Shown here: piece after piece, positions 18,397 to 26,179 of the stretch
How positions within the stretch are numbered: position 1 is the first letter of the stretch
Layout: each line of letters opens with the position of its first letter
Made by a program: the position numbers and the translations under genes
IMG/VR virus record: IMGVR_UViG_3300032243_001028
Location: 1-64,000 of that record
DNA: 64,000 nt
Reading direction: 5' to 3' (one strand)
Source of the DNA: a virus
Taxonomy: Duplodnaviria; Caudoviricetes
The notes under the pieces: model-generated
Seen by the model: the letters and a program-made list of their open reading frames with translations, nothing else
Database searches by the model: none
Told to the model about the DNA's origin: nothing

Positions 18397-18500
18397 AAAC
18401 ACGCAAAAAAAAATTATTTATTTATTTGACTATTTCTATACGGAGATGCTAAAGTTGGATTAGTTAGGCAAACGACCTAACGGAAAATGGAGATGTAAAG

Positions 18501-18695
18501 ATGTGGGAATACGGAGATGATGAAGTTTCTGTTGTTGTGTCTTTCACTTGCGACAAATGCGAGTATGAAAATGAAGACAGCGAGCAAACAATAGGCAGGG
18601 GTGAAGGTCAGCACATAGTAATCTGTGATGAGTGTGATACCGAGAACACGATCATCATTGAGCCACCTGAGCCACCTGAGCCTTGGGAAGACTAA
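18501..18695 (+). CDS. Zn-ribbon protein (paralog of 15580..15792)
   Basis: VSFTCDKCEYEN...ICDECDTEN. Confidence 0.7.
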   Translation: MWEYGDDEVSVVVSFTCDKCEYENEDSEQTIGRGEGQHIVICDECDTENTIIIEPPEPPEPWED

Positions 18696-18818
18696 TCCTA
18701 AACACCTGAGCAAGTGTCTAAACTGCTTATTTTTATTTGCTACATACTTGACTATTTCCAGCTGGAACTGGTAAAGTTTTATTAGTTAGGAAAAATCACC
18801 TAGCGGAAATGAGAAAAA

Positions 18819-18998
18819 ATGTTTTACTTACAGACAACATCAACCCTAGTAAGACTTTCTAATGGAGAAACTTTTACTCAATGTGAAATCTGCGGTAGAT
18901 GTTATGAGAACGAACACTGGGACAGAACCAAGATAACCAGGAACGACTGGGCTTGGACTTGCCACCACAGCGACCAGGATACCGGAATACTAGAATAA
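18819..18998 (+). CDS. Small Cys/His protein (59 aa, not in ORF track)
   Basis: Follows promoter-hairpin at 18748; MFYLQTT...CEICGRC...TGILE. Confidence 0.55.
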   Translation: MFYLQTTSTLVRLSNGETFTQCEICGRCYENEHWDRTKITRNDWAWTCHHSDQDTGILE

Positions 18999-19195
18999 TC
19001 CGGTTGCCGATAATCCCCTGGTAGAGATACCGGGGGTTTATCTTTACCAGGTGCGACCTGGTGCCAGGATCTAAAATCCAGGGACAAGCTTGCCAGGATA
19101 AATTATTAGACACGCCAGGAAAAGATTTGACTTTTCCCGGGTGGAACTGGTAGATTTTTATTAGTCAGGTAAAACCCCCTGGCAGAAAGAAAAAA

Positions 19196-19543
19196 ATGAA
19201 CCAGGAACAGCTAGAACTATTTGAGATGATAGTTGATGATGCCGGTATGTCTATTAACTACTGGGCAAGCACAGCAGAACACAGCACAGAAAAGCAAACT
19301 TACCAGATCACTTTATTACCGGACTGTGTTGATGAAACTGCCGGTGTAGTAGATAAGACAATCTCTTACCAGGATTTATTAGACGCTACCAGGAAGCTTG
19401 CTAGCGGTGAAGTAAGCGTGAACCCGGCCACAAAGTCAGTCTGCCAGGCAATTATTAGCGACCCGGCAGATGTAGATTATGACGCTACTGATACGGACGT
19501 TATTGTCCAGGTTGCTATGTTTGGTGAAATTGTATTCGGCTAG
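19196..19543 (+). CDS. Phage hypothetical protein
   Basis: INYWA...DYDATDTDVIVQVAMFGEIVFG C-terminal motif. Confidence 0.75.
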   Translation: MNQEQLELFEMIVDDAGMSINYWASTAEHSTEKQTYQITLLPDCVDETAGVVDKTISYQDLLDATRKLASGEVSVNPATKSVCQAIISDPADVDYDATDTDVIVQVAMFGEIVFG

Positions 19544-19740
19544 ACAACTAAGAGATGTCCCCCTGGTAGAGATACCTGGGGGATTATTTCTATCCTGGCC
19601 AGGACTGCCAGGGCAAGCTAAACCAGGAACCAGGAACCAGAAACAGTTAGACACATAAGGTTTAGAGTAGAGCCGGACAGGTTGATTATTATATGCTTAG
19701 ATTATTAGAGAACTTTCTCTACTTATACGGAAGGTATAAA

Positions 19741-19962
19741 ATGAAAAAATTTATTATAAGAGCTACCATTGCTTTACTGCTGGCTATTGCCGGTTCCTTA
19801 TCAACACAAATATCCAGGCTTTATTTAGATCAATATATTTTCTTTGATGATAATGCCAGCACTCTTGCTATGTATGCCAGGTGGGAAGTTGTTACCTGGG
19901 TATTTGCCGGGCTATCCTTGATTACCCTGGCCTGGGCTATTATCTCTACCAGAAAAGATTAA
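19741..19962 (+). CDS. 2-TM membrane protein
   Basis: GGAAGG SD; two hydrophobic helices. Confidence 0.6.
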   Translation: MKKFIIRATIALLLAIAGSLSTQISRLYLDQYIFFDDNASTLAMYARWEVVTWVFAGLSLITLAWAIISTRKD

Positions 19963-19969
19963 ACCAGGG

Positions 19970-20662
19970 CTAGTCTTTTTTTACAAAATGATAATCAGCG
20001 TCCGGCCCATTATTACAAAACATTCCGTAGTTCTCAAAGCCGATAGAATCCAGGTACTCAATAATTGTTTCTCTTTCCGGTGATCCAATATTGTACTCAA
20101 CATGCCGAAGCTCAATAATTAAATGCTTACATGATTTAATTACTTCAGTGGCTCCCATAAGAACATCTAGCTCTGCTCCCTGGACATCAATCTTTACCAG
20201 GTCAGGTAGATTGAACTTTTTACTCTTGACTACGGAATCTAAAGTTTCGCTTTGAAGTTTTACAATTTTAGAATCATCATATAGAAAAGTAGCTTCCGGA
20301 TTATATGCCGGGTTCTCTCTATAATATGAGTTACCACCAAAGTCTGTATTGTTTTGGTAGAAATCAATTGTCTTGCCGGACTCGCTACTTAGTAAGCCGA
20401 TGTGATACTTATGGTTGCTTTCTATATACAGTGGTTCAAATATGTCAGTGGCGTCAAATAAAACTATTTCAGATCCTGGCCAGACTTTTTCAGCTTCACT
20501 AGTCCAGTGCAGAACACAGGAGCCGATGTCATATATTACTCCAGGAGTAAATCCATAATGAGTTTTTATAGCAGATAGGTAAGCTGCATGTTGCCTAGGA
20601 ATAGACATACCAGTCCGCACTCGATTTACATGATCTAAGGTTTCTTTATCAAAGTTTTTCAT
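19970..20662 (-). CDS. FkbM-family SAM-dependent methyltransferase
   Basis: IYDIGS, ETLDSV, DLVKIDVQGAELDVLMGA. Confidence 0.85.
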   Translation of the reverse strand: MKNFDKETLDHVNRVRTGMSIPRQHAAYLSAIKTHYGFTPGVIYDIGSCVLHWTSEAEKVWPGSEIVLFDATDIFEPLYIESNHKYHIGLLSSESGKTIDFYQNNTDFGGNSYYRENPAYNPEATFLYDDSKIVKLQSETLDSVVKSKKFNLPDLVKIDVQGAELDVLMGATEVIKSCKHLIIELRHVEYNIGSPERETIIEYLDSIGFENYGMFCNNGPDADYHFVKKD

Positions 20663-20764
20663 AATATAACCTTACTAGAGTGTTGCCTTTGCAAGTCAGA
20701 GTAGACACGCCATATGATCGTTATAAATCTGTTACGGTAGAATGGATTGAGATTGGAGCTTAAC

Positions 20765-20971
20765 ATGAACATACCGAGTCAAAAACTAGATACCGCATAC
20801 CAGGAGTATAAAAAAGGAACTCTTGATCCTAAAGAGCTAACCGTAGAAGAGAACCTGGATCTTCAATATGAATACTTTTTACATCAGAAAGAGATCATGG
20901 ATCCCGATGTAATCAAGTTTGTAAAGCTTCTGATGATAGCTTCCGAGTCTGGAACAGTCACCGAAGAGTAG
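20765..20971 (+). CDS. Hypothetical protein
   Basis: GGAG SD before ATG 20765. Confidence 0.55.
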   Translation: MNIPSQKLDTAYQEYKKGTLDPKELTVEENLDLQYEYFLHQKEIMDPDVIKFVKLLMIASESGTVTEE

Positions 20972-21083
20972 CATTTAGTGCTACAATCTAAAAATACCGT
21001 TTAAAGATGAACGGTTATGGGAGAACCCAACAATAACGACCGAGTACTAACTCACCTCAAAAATCAGGAAAGGTAGGTCGCCA

Positions 21084-21659
21084 ATGAAAAAGTTCGCAAC
21101 ATTACTAATAGCGGTGGTATTAACCATTGCCGGATGCTCAGCTTCTGCAGCTATAGCATCCAAATATCAAGTAGCGAAACCAACAGAAACATCAACATTT
21201 GTTGTAAAGACAAATCCGTTGACTAGCTCGCAGTTGCATTTCATGCAAAAAGCATCTAGCTCGAAAGAGGTTAGAAACTATGCACGAATGTCTCTGCTTG
21301 TGAAGTACCTGAAGTCCCGCGTAGGAAGAACATCATATGTCTTCTCAGGCGATACGACCAGGGGATGGGACTGTTCCGGAATGGTTCGCTGGACTTATAG
21401 ACAGTTCGGTATAACCCTTCCACACTCTGCTAATAAACAAGGTCATCTTGGTAGCCGAGTATCTAACCCTAACGTTGGAGATATCGTTGTGTTTGCATAC
21501 AATGGTAGCTCTAACTTCTATCATGCCGCTATTTATATTGGTGGCAATAAGATCATTAATGCTAACTATGGATCAGGTACAACTATTGTTGAACCACTGA
21601 CTAACTACAAAGGAAGTCAGATCCGTTTCGTTCGTGTTCTTAAGCAGAAGAAAATTTAA
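21084..21659 (+). CDS. Secreted NlpC/P60 cell-wall peptidase
   Basis: Signal peptide; WDCSG, LPHSA, GDIV, HAAIYIG. Confidence 0.9.
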   Translation: MKKFATLLIAVVLTIAGCSASAAIASKYQVAKPTETSTFVVKTNPLTSSQLHFMQKASSSKEVRNYARMSLLVKYLKSRVGRTSYVFSGDTTRGWDCSGMVRWTYRQFGITLPHSANKQGHLGSRVSNPNVGDIVVFAYNGSSNFYHAAIYIGGNKIINANYGSGTTIVEPLTNYKGSQIRFVRVLKQKKI

Positions 21660-21772
21660 GGTGGAACGGCTACAAGCTGCTTAGATTCTAGGGAAGGCCT
21701 CCAGTGTAATGCTGGGGGCCTTCTCACATTTTTGAACACAGTATAGAATTAGTACATACGAAAGGATGATCG

Positions 21773-21919
21773 ATGGATCCCATATATGCATTAGCTATTG
21801 TTGCAACTATTGTTGTAGCCGTAGTGGGTTCGATCACCCTACTAGTACTAGCCGTTATTAGTCTTGTTCTTAACAGGACGGTAGATAATGCCGGCTTTAT
21901 ATCTGATATCGAGGAGTGA
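21773..21919 (+). CDS. Small membrane protein (48 aa, not in ORF track)
   Basis: GAAAGGA SD; one long hydrophobic segment. Confidence 0.5.
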   Translation: MDPIYALAIVATIVVAVVGSITLLVLAVISLVLNRTVDNAGFISDIEE

Positions 21920-21920
21920 C

Positions 21921-22199
21921 ATGGAAACATATATTACCCTAGCTCTACTGGCACTAGCCGTAGGCTTTGTATCTGCTGTACTGTACAATTTTATTTGTCG
22001 TAAGCAGGTAAAGAAGACTAAAACTGTAAGTATAGTCATCGAGACACCTAAGTGTGCTTGCGGTGGCAACTGTGCTTGCGGTGACAAGAAACCTAAAGGC
22101 AAGAAGGTTCAACCTTTGCTTGGTGTAGTTGCACCTAAGCTAGAAGACTCATACGGTCCGATAGTTGCAGCACCTAAGAAAAAGAAAGCGACCAAGTAA
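21921..22199 (+). CDS. Membrane-anchored basic protein with CACGGNCACG motif
   Basis: GAGGAG SD before ATG 21921. Confidence 0.6.
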   Translation: METYITLALLALAVGFVSAVLYNFICRKQVKKTKTVSIVIETPKCACGGNCACGDKKPKGKKVQPLLGVVAPKLEDSYGPIVAAPKKKKATK

Positions 22200-22369
22200 T
22201 GCCAGGGTGGTTGATCAGACTTAGAGATGTTGTTTGGGTCTCAGTCATATCTGTACTGCTTGCAGTAGTCGCTATCGTGCTTGCGGTAGCAAGTATTGGA
22301 TCACCAGTACTTCCCGTTGTATTTGGACTAACTTCGATCTCGATGGCCCTGCTTGCTCAGCGGGTATAA
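22199..22369 (+). CDS. Small 2-TM protein (holin-like size; not in ORF track)
   Basis: TAATG coupling; MPGWLIRLRDVVW...LLAQRV. Confidence 0.5.
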   Translation: MPGWLIRLRDVVWVSVISVLLAVVAIVLAVASIGSPVLPVVFGLTSISMALLAQRV

Positions 22370-22398
22370 TAGAGATCTAATCTTACAAAGGAGGCCTT

Positions 22399-22929
22399 AT
22401 GGCAAAGAAAGAAACAGATGCGGCTGAAGAAGTCGTAGTTGAAGAAGTAGCAGCAGTGGTTGAAGAGCCAGAGAGTGTTGCAGAACTAGTAGTTGAAGAT
22501 GCGGTAGAGCCTACAGTTGAACCTGTAGTTGAAGCTGCAGTAGTTGAACCTGTAGCTGTAGTTGAGGATACTAAGTATGCTGCACCAGTTGCGGTAACTA
22601 GAGAAGACATCGAGAACTACTTGCCTACCCCTGCTGGCCCAGCTGTAGTTGGAACAGGCGTAGTAGATGACGTGGTGCTATCTTCTTGTATCTACAAGAA
22701 TGATGCTAACCGTAGATCACTAACTGTCTATCACGTTCAGCGTAGGCTTATTGAGCTAGAGCTGTTGCAAGATGGCCTAGTTAAAGCCGGTTACTATGGT
22801 GATCTTACTAAGCAAGCAGTGGCTGTATTCCAGGCTAATAACAACATTGTTGGCGATGGACTTATGAATGCAGATACTTTCACTGCACTGTTTGAGGGCG
22901 ACCCAAACGTTCGTGTTTCGCTTGGTTAA
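22399..22929 (+). CDS. Acidic protein with C-terminal peptidoglycan-binding domain
   Basis: VYHVQRRLIEL...GYYGDLTKQAVAVFQ....GDG. Confidence 0.75.
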   Translation: MAKKETDAAEEVVVEEVAAVVEEPESVAELVVEDAVEPTVEPVVEAAVVEPVAVVEDTKYAAPVAVTREDIENYLPTPAGPAVVGTGVVDDVVLSSCIYKNDANRRSLTVYHVQRRLIELELLQDGLVKAGYYGDLTKQAVAVFQANNNIVGDGLMNADTFTALFEGDPNVRVSLG

Positions 22930-22997
22930 GCTACATCCTTTGGAGACGGTCCTGCTAATGCAGGGCCGTTTCTACTATCATGGAGATAGGAGACTAA

Positions 22998-24395
22998 ATG
23001 GCTAAAAGTATCATGGAGCAGATCGCGATGCTCCCCCCTGAAGAACAGGCTAAAGTGCTATCCGGTATGGATGCAGACTCACTCATGTGGGACTGGTCAG
23101 TCTGGGGTAGACCAGAGCAACAAGCACCTGAAGGCGACTGGAACATCTGGGCTTACATTGCTGGTCGTGGTGCTGGTAAGACTAGAACTGCTGCTGAATG
23201 GGTTCGTGAAGAAGCTAAGCACACAACTACAGGACAGAGGCGCTTTGCTTTAGTTGCTCGTACTGCAGCTGACGTGCGAGATGTAATCGTTGAAGGTGAG
23301 TCTGGCATTATGAATGTCACTCCACCTAGTGAGAGACCTTTATATGAACCCTCTAAGAGAAGACTTACTTGGCCTAATGGTAATACGGCTACTTGTTTCA
23401 CTGCTGATGAACCTGACTCTTTGCGTGGTCCTCAGTTTACTCATGCCTGGGGCGATGAGATCGCTGCCTGGAGACAGACTCCTGATGCAGCAGGTATGAC
23501 TGCTTTTGATAACCTTCGTGTTGGTACTCGTCTAGGAGCTCAGCCTAAGATCATAGTAACTACTACACCTAAGCGTGTACCTCTACTCTATAAACTAATT
23601 GAAGAGAGCAAGACCGGTCGTGTAGTGATTACTAGAGGATCTACTCTTGATAACTCAGGTAACCTATCCGGTGCTTATCTTGATGCTATTACAGGAGTCT
23701 ATGCTGGAACCCGCCTTGCTCAGCAAGAGATCTATGGAGAGATGCTCGATGACGTTGAGGGGGCATTGTGGACATCAGAGCTTATCGACTTAGGTAGACA
23801 AGCTGGTATGCCTTTAGGTACTCCTCTAAGAATCATTGGAGTTGACCCTAGCGTTGCTGAAAACCCTAGAGATGAATGCGGTATCGTTGTATGCGCTGCT
23901 AGTTCTGAAAGAGATCTTTATAAGCGTCAAGCTTGGGTACTTGAGGACGCAAGCGTATTAGGCTCACCTACAGTCTGGGCACAGAAGGTCGTTGAGATGG
24001 CTCGCAAGTGGGGCTGCCCTGTTGTTGCTGAGGTGAATCAAGGTGGAGCCTTAGTGAAGAATGCTATTCACACTATTGACCCTAACATTGTAGTTCTTGA
24101 GGTTCATAGCAAATACGGTAAGGCTCTTAGAGCTGAGCCAGTTACTCTTGCCTATGAGCAAGGCAGAGTTCATCATGTTGGATTCTTGGCAGACTTAGAG
24201 AGTCAAATGTATTCTTGGATTCCAGGCGAGGGCAAGTCCCCTGACAGAGTTGATGCTCTTGTTCATGCTATGACTGCCTTACTTATCAAACCACCTTCAG
24301 GCTTTACAGGGGGCAAGATAACTGCTAAGTCCATGGGCAGCCGAAAGATAGATGTAGGCAGCAAGAGTAGCCGATCAATCTTTAGGCTTAGATAA
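22998..24395 (+). CDS. terL: Terminase large subunit
   Basis: Walker A GRGAGKT, LRGPQF..AWGDE Walker B, TTTP motif III, RNase H-like GVDPS and PDRVDA. Confidence 0.93.
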   Translation: MAKSIMEQIAMLPPEEQAKVLSGMDADSLMWDWSVWGRPEQQAPEGDWNIWAYIAGRGAGKTRTAAEWVREEAKHTTTGQRRFALVARTAADVRDVIVEGESGIMNVTPPSERPLYEPSKRRLTWPNGNTATCFTADEPDSLRGPQFTHAWGDEIAAWRQTPDAAGMTAFDNLRVGTRLGAQPKIIVTTTPKRVPLLYKLIEESKTGRVVITRGSTLDNSGNLSGAYLDAITGVYAGTRLAQQEIYGEMLDDVEGALWTSELIDLGRQAGMPLGTPLRIIGVDPSVAENPRDECGIVVCAASSERDLYKRQAWVLEDASVLGSPTVWAQKVVEMARKWGCPVVAEVNQGGALVKNAIHTIDPNIVVLEVHSKYGKALRAEPVTLAYEQGRVHHVGFLADLESQMYSWIPGEGKSPDRVDALVHAMTALLIKPPSGFTGGKITAKSMGSRKIDVGSKSSRSIFRLR

Positions 24396-24396
24396 A

Positions 24397-24433
24397 CTAA
24401 ACCCCCTAGCCTAGTAAGGCTAAGGGGCTTAGT
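24397..24433. terminator. Hairpin terminator between terL and the converging cassette
   Basis: ACTAAACCCCCTAGCCT...AGGCTAAGGGGCTTAGT. Confidence 0.6.
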
Positions 24434-24521
24434 GTCTAAGGATAAATGAAAGTAAAACCTTAGACTTTTGGGGGAGAGATTAGTCCCCCTGCCTATTAGA
24501 GCAAGGGGACTAACCTAACGC

Positions 24522-24743
24522 TTACTTGTCTAGTATTGGAGCTAAGGCAAACACTAGGCTAAACATTCCACCGAATAGCAAGCCGTTGCTAATTATTTCA
24601 TTCATAGTTGATGACTGTCCTGCTCCATAGGCTACTAGCAACCCATAGCCTAAGACATAGGCAATTGCTACAACAGGGGTGATAACTATTCCTGCTAGTA
24701 ATCTTCTAACTACTACAACTGAGGTTCTAACTTCTCTGCTCAT
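24522..24743 (-). CDS. 2-TM membrane protein (reverse cassette 1)
   Basis: Own promoter (TTGACA at 24822), hairpin and AAGGA SD. Confidence 0.7.
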   Translation of the reverse strand: MSREVRTSVVVVRRLLAGIVITPVVAIAYVLGYGLLVAYGAGQSSTMNEIISNGLLFGGMFSLVFALAPILDK

Positions 24744-24949
24744 TTTTTAGTCCTTATCATTTATTTAGTTAGGCACTTTACCTAACTAAGTCAAGACTAA
24801 TCTAATGCGGTGAGCCTGTCAAGCGTGTTTCATAACATTTAGATAACAACCTAGAATTTGGATCTCGCAACTAAGGCAGGGCAAGGCAGGGCAAGGCAGG
24901 GTAAAGAATAACCCCCCTATTGCTAGGGGGGCTATCTATTTATCTAGAC

Positions 24950-25168
24950 TTATCTAAGTCCTAGGCGTTCCTCTGCCTGAGCCTCTAAATAGGTAACTTC
25001 CTCAGCATCATTAGTTCCCTGAGCATTTCCAAATAATTCCCAAGTAAAGAGTTCATTGGTTAGTTCCTGAGTTGCCTTGATAATTTCCTGAGCCTTTTCC
25101 CAACTATGAACTTCATAGACAGGGGCAACGCCATCAGCAGTAGTAATTCTTAGTGAATAGATTTTCAT
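24950..25168 (-). CDS. Hypothetical protein (reverse cassette 2)
   Basis: Promoter at 25249, hairpin, AAAGGA SD, terminator at about 24911-24932. Confidence 0.7.
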   Translation of the reverse strand: MKIYSLRITTADGVAPVYEVHSWEKAQEIIKATQELTNELFTWELFGNAQGTNDAEEVTYLEAQAEERLGLR

Positions 25169-25404
25169 TTTTATTCCTTTTCATTTTTGGATAGTTAGGC
25201 AACTTACCTAACTACTTACTAACTTAGTCCCTATAAGGCAACAAGTCAAGTTTATTTGATAACAATTTGATAACAGAAGCTAACCGGCAATACCGAACCT
25301 AATGCCGAACTAACTAGGCAGGGCAAGGCAGGATAGGGCTAGGCTCACAGGGTAAAGAATAAACCCTGCCTATTACTAGGCAGGGCTTAGACTTAGAGTT
25401 TAGG

Positions 25405-25632
25405 CTATTCGCCAATTTGTTCTTTATACTGACTAGTTGGGATTAGTTCTAGGACAGAGTTTAGGCAGGTGTCGCATAGGGCTAGGATAAAGTCGTGAGT
25501 GGAGTTGTTCAATAGTTCGCTTGTTGCTTTGTTCTGGCAGTTCTCATACTCGCAAGCAAAACCTAAACCCTTACAACCTGTCGCTGTGTATGTGATGTAG
25601 TCCTTGACTACAAATTTTTTGTTGTTGCTCAT
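25405..25632 (-). CDS. Zn-finger protein (reverse cassette 3)
   Basis: CEYENC...CDTC; promoter at 25712. Confidence 0.7.
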   Translation of the reverse strand: MSNNKKFVVKDYITYTATGCKGLGFACEYENCQNKATSELLNNSTHDFILALCDTCLNSVLELIPTSQYKEQIGE

Positions 25633-25775
25633 TTTTTACCTTTTCATTTTTTTGGACATTAGGCAATTACCTAACTACTATCAACATTAGGGCTATGCGG
25701 TTAGTATGTCAAGTTTATTTGATAACTTTTTGGTAAAGCTTTTCGATCAAAACTGCCGAACCTAATGCCGAATTA

Positions 25776-26130
25776 GACAGGCTCAGGAAGACAGGCTCAG
25801 GCTCAGGCTTAGGCTTAGACAGGCTCAGGCTCACAGGCTAGACAGGGTTAGGGCTAATGCGGTTAGGGCTAATGCGGTTAGGGCTAATGCGGTTAGGGCT
25901 AATGCGGACAGGCTCAGGCTCACAGGCTCAGGCTCACAGGCACAGGCTCAGGCTCAGGCTCACAGGCACAGGCTCAGGCTCAGGCTCACAGGCTCAGGCT
26001 TAGGCTCAGGCTTAGGCTCAGGCACAGGCTCACAGGCTCAGGCTTAGGCTCAGGCTTAGGCTCAGGCACAGGCTCACAGGCTCACAGGCTCAGGCTCACA
26101 GGCTTAGGCTCACAGGCTTAGGCTCACAGG
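25776..26130 (+). repeat. Low-complexity tandem repeat tract of AGGCTC/AGGCTT/ACAGGCTC units with 4x GGTTAGGGCTAATGC
   Basis: Read directly; the 15-mer occurs x4 at 25846-25905. Confidence 0.95.
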
Positions 26131-26179
26131 GTAAAGAATAAACCCTGCCTATTACTAGGCAGGGCTTAGACTTAGTTCC

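Larger units (their letters stand above)
9659..18729 (+). ncRNA. Seven copies of a 28-nt H-type pseudoknot motif
   Basis: Copies at 9659, 10767, 13371, 15850, 16503, 16794 and 18702; both stems show compensatory changes. Confidence 0.75.
2907..19156 (+). promoter_or_regulatory. Series of about 20 SigA-type early promoters (TTGAC(A/T)-17/18-TAnnnT)
   Basis: -35 hexamers at 2907, 3515, 5253, 7240, 8560, 10149, 11291, 12027, 12987, 13431, 14849, 15508, 16209, 17100, 17520, 17957, 18426, 18748 and 19127, each upstream of an RBS and ORF. Confidence 0.8.

Noticed and set aside
14884-19190. Promoter hairpins or pseudoknot copies as CRISPR repeats or integron attC sites
   Set aside because: Copies are separated by whole genes, are tied to promoters or UTRs, and lack attC core and extrahelical-base features; no integrase is present in the window.
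3000-19900. Apparently regular spacing of GATC sites
   Set aside because: Density of about one per 300 bp is near random expectation; regularity could not be established without computation.
25776-26130. Repeat tract as a CRISPR array or telomere
   Set aside because: Units are 6-15 bp with no unique spacers and there are no cas genes; the TTAGGG/TTAGGC resemblance alone does not support telomere function.
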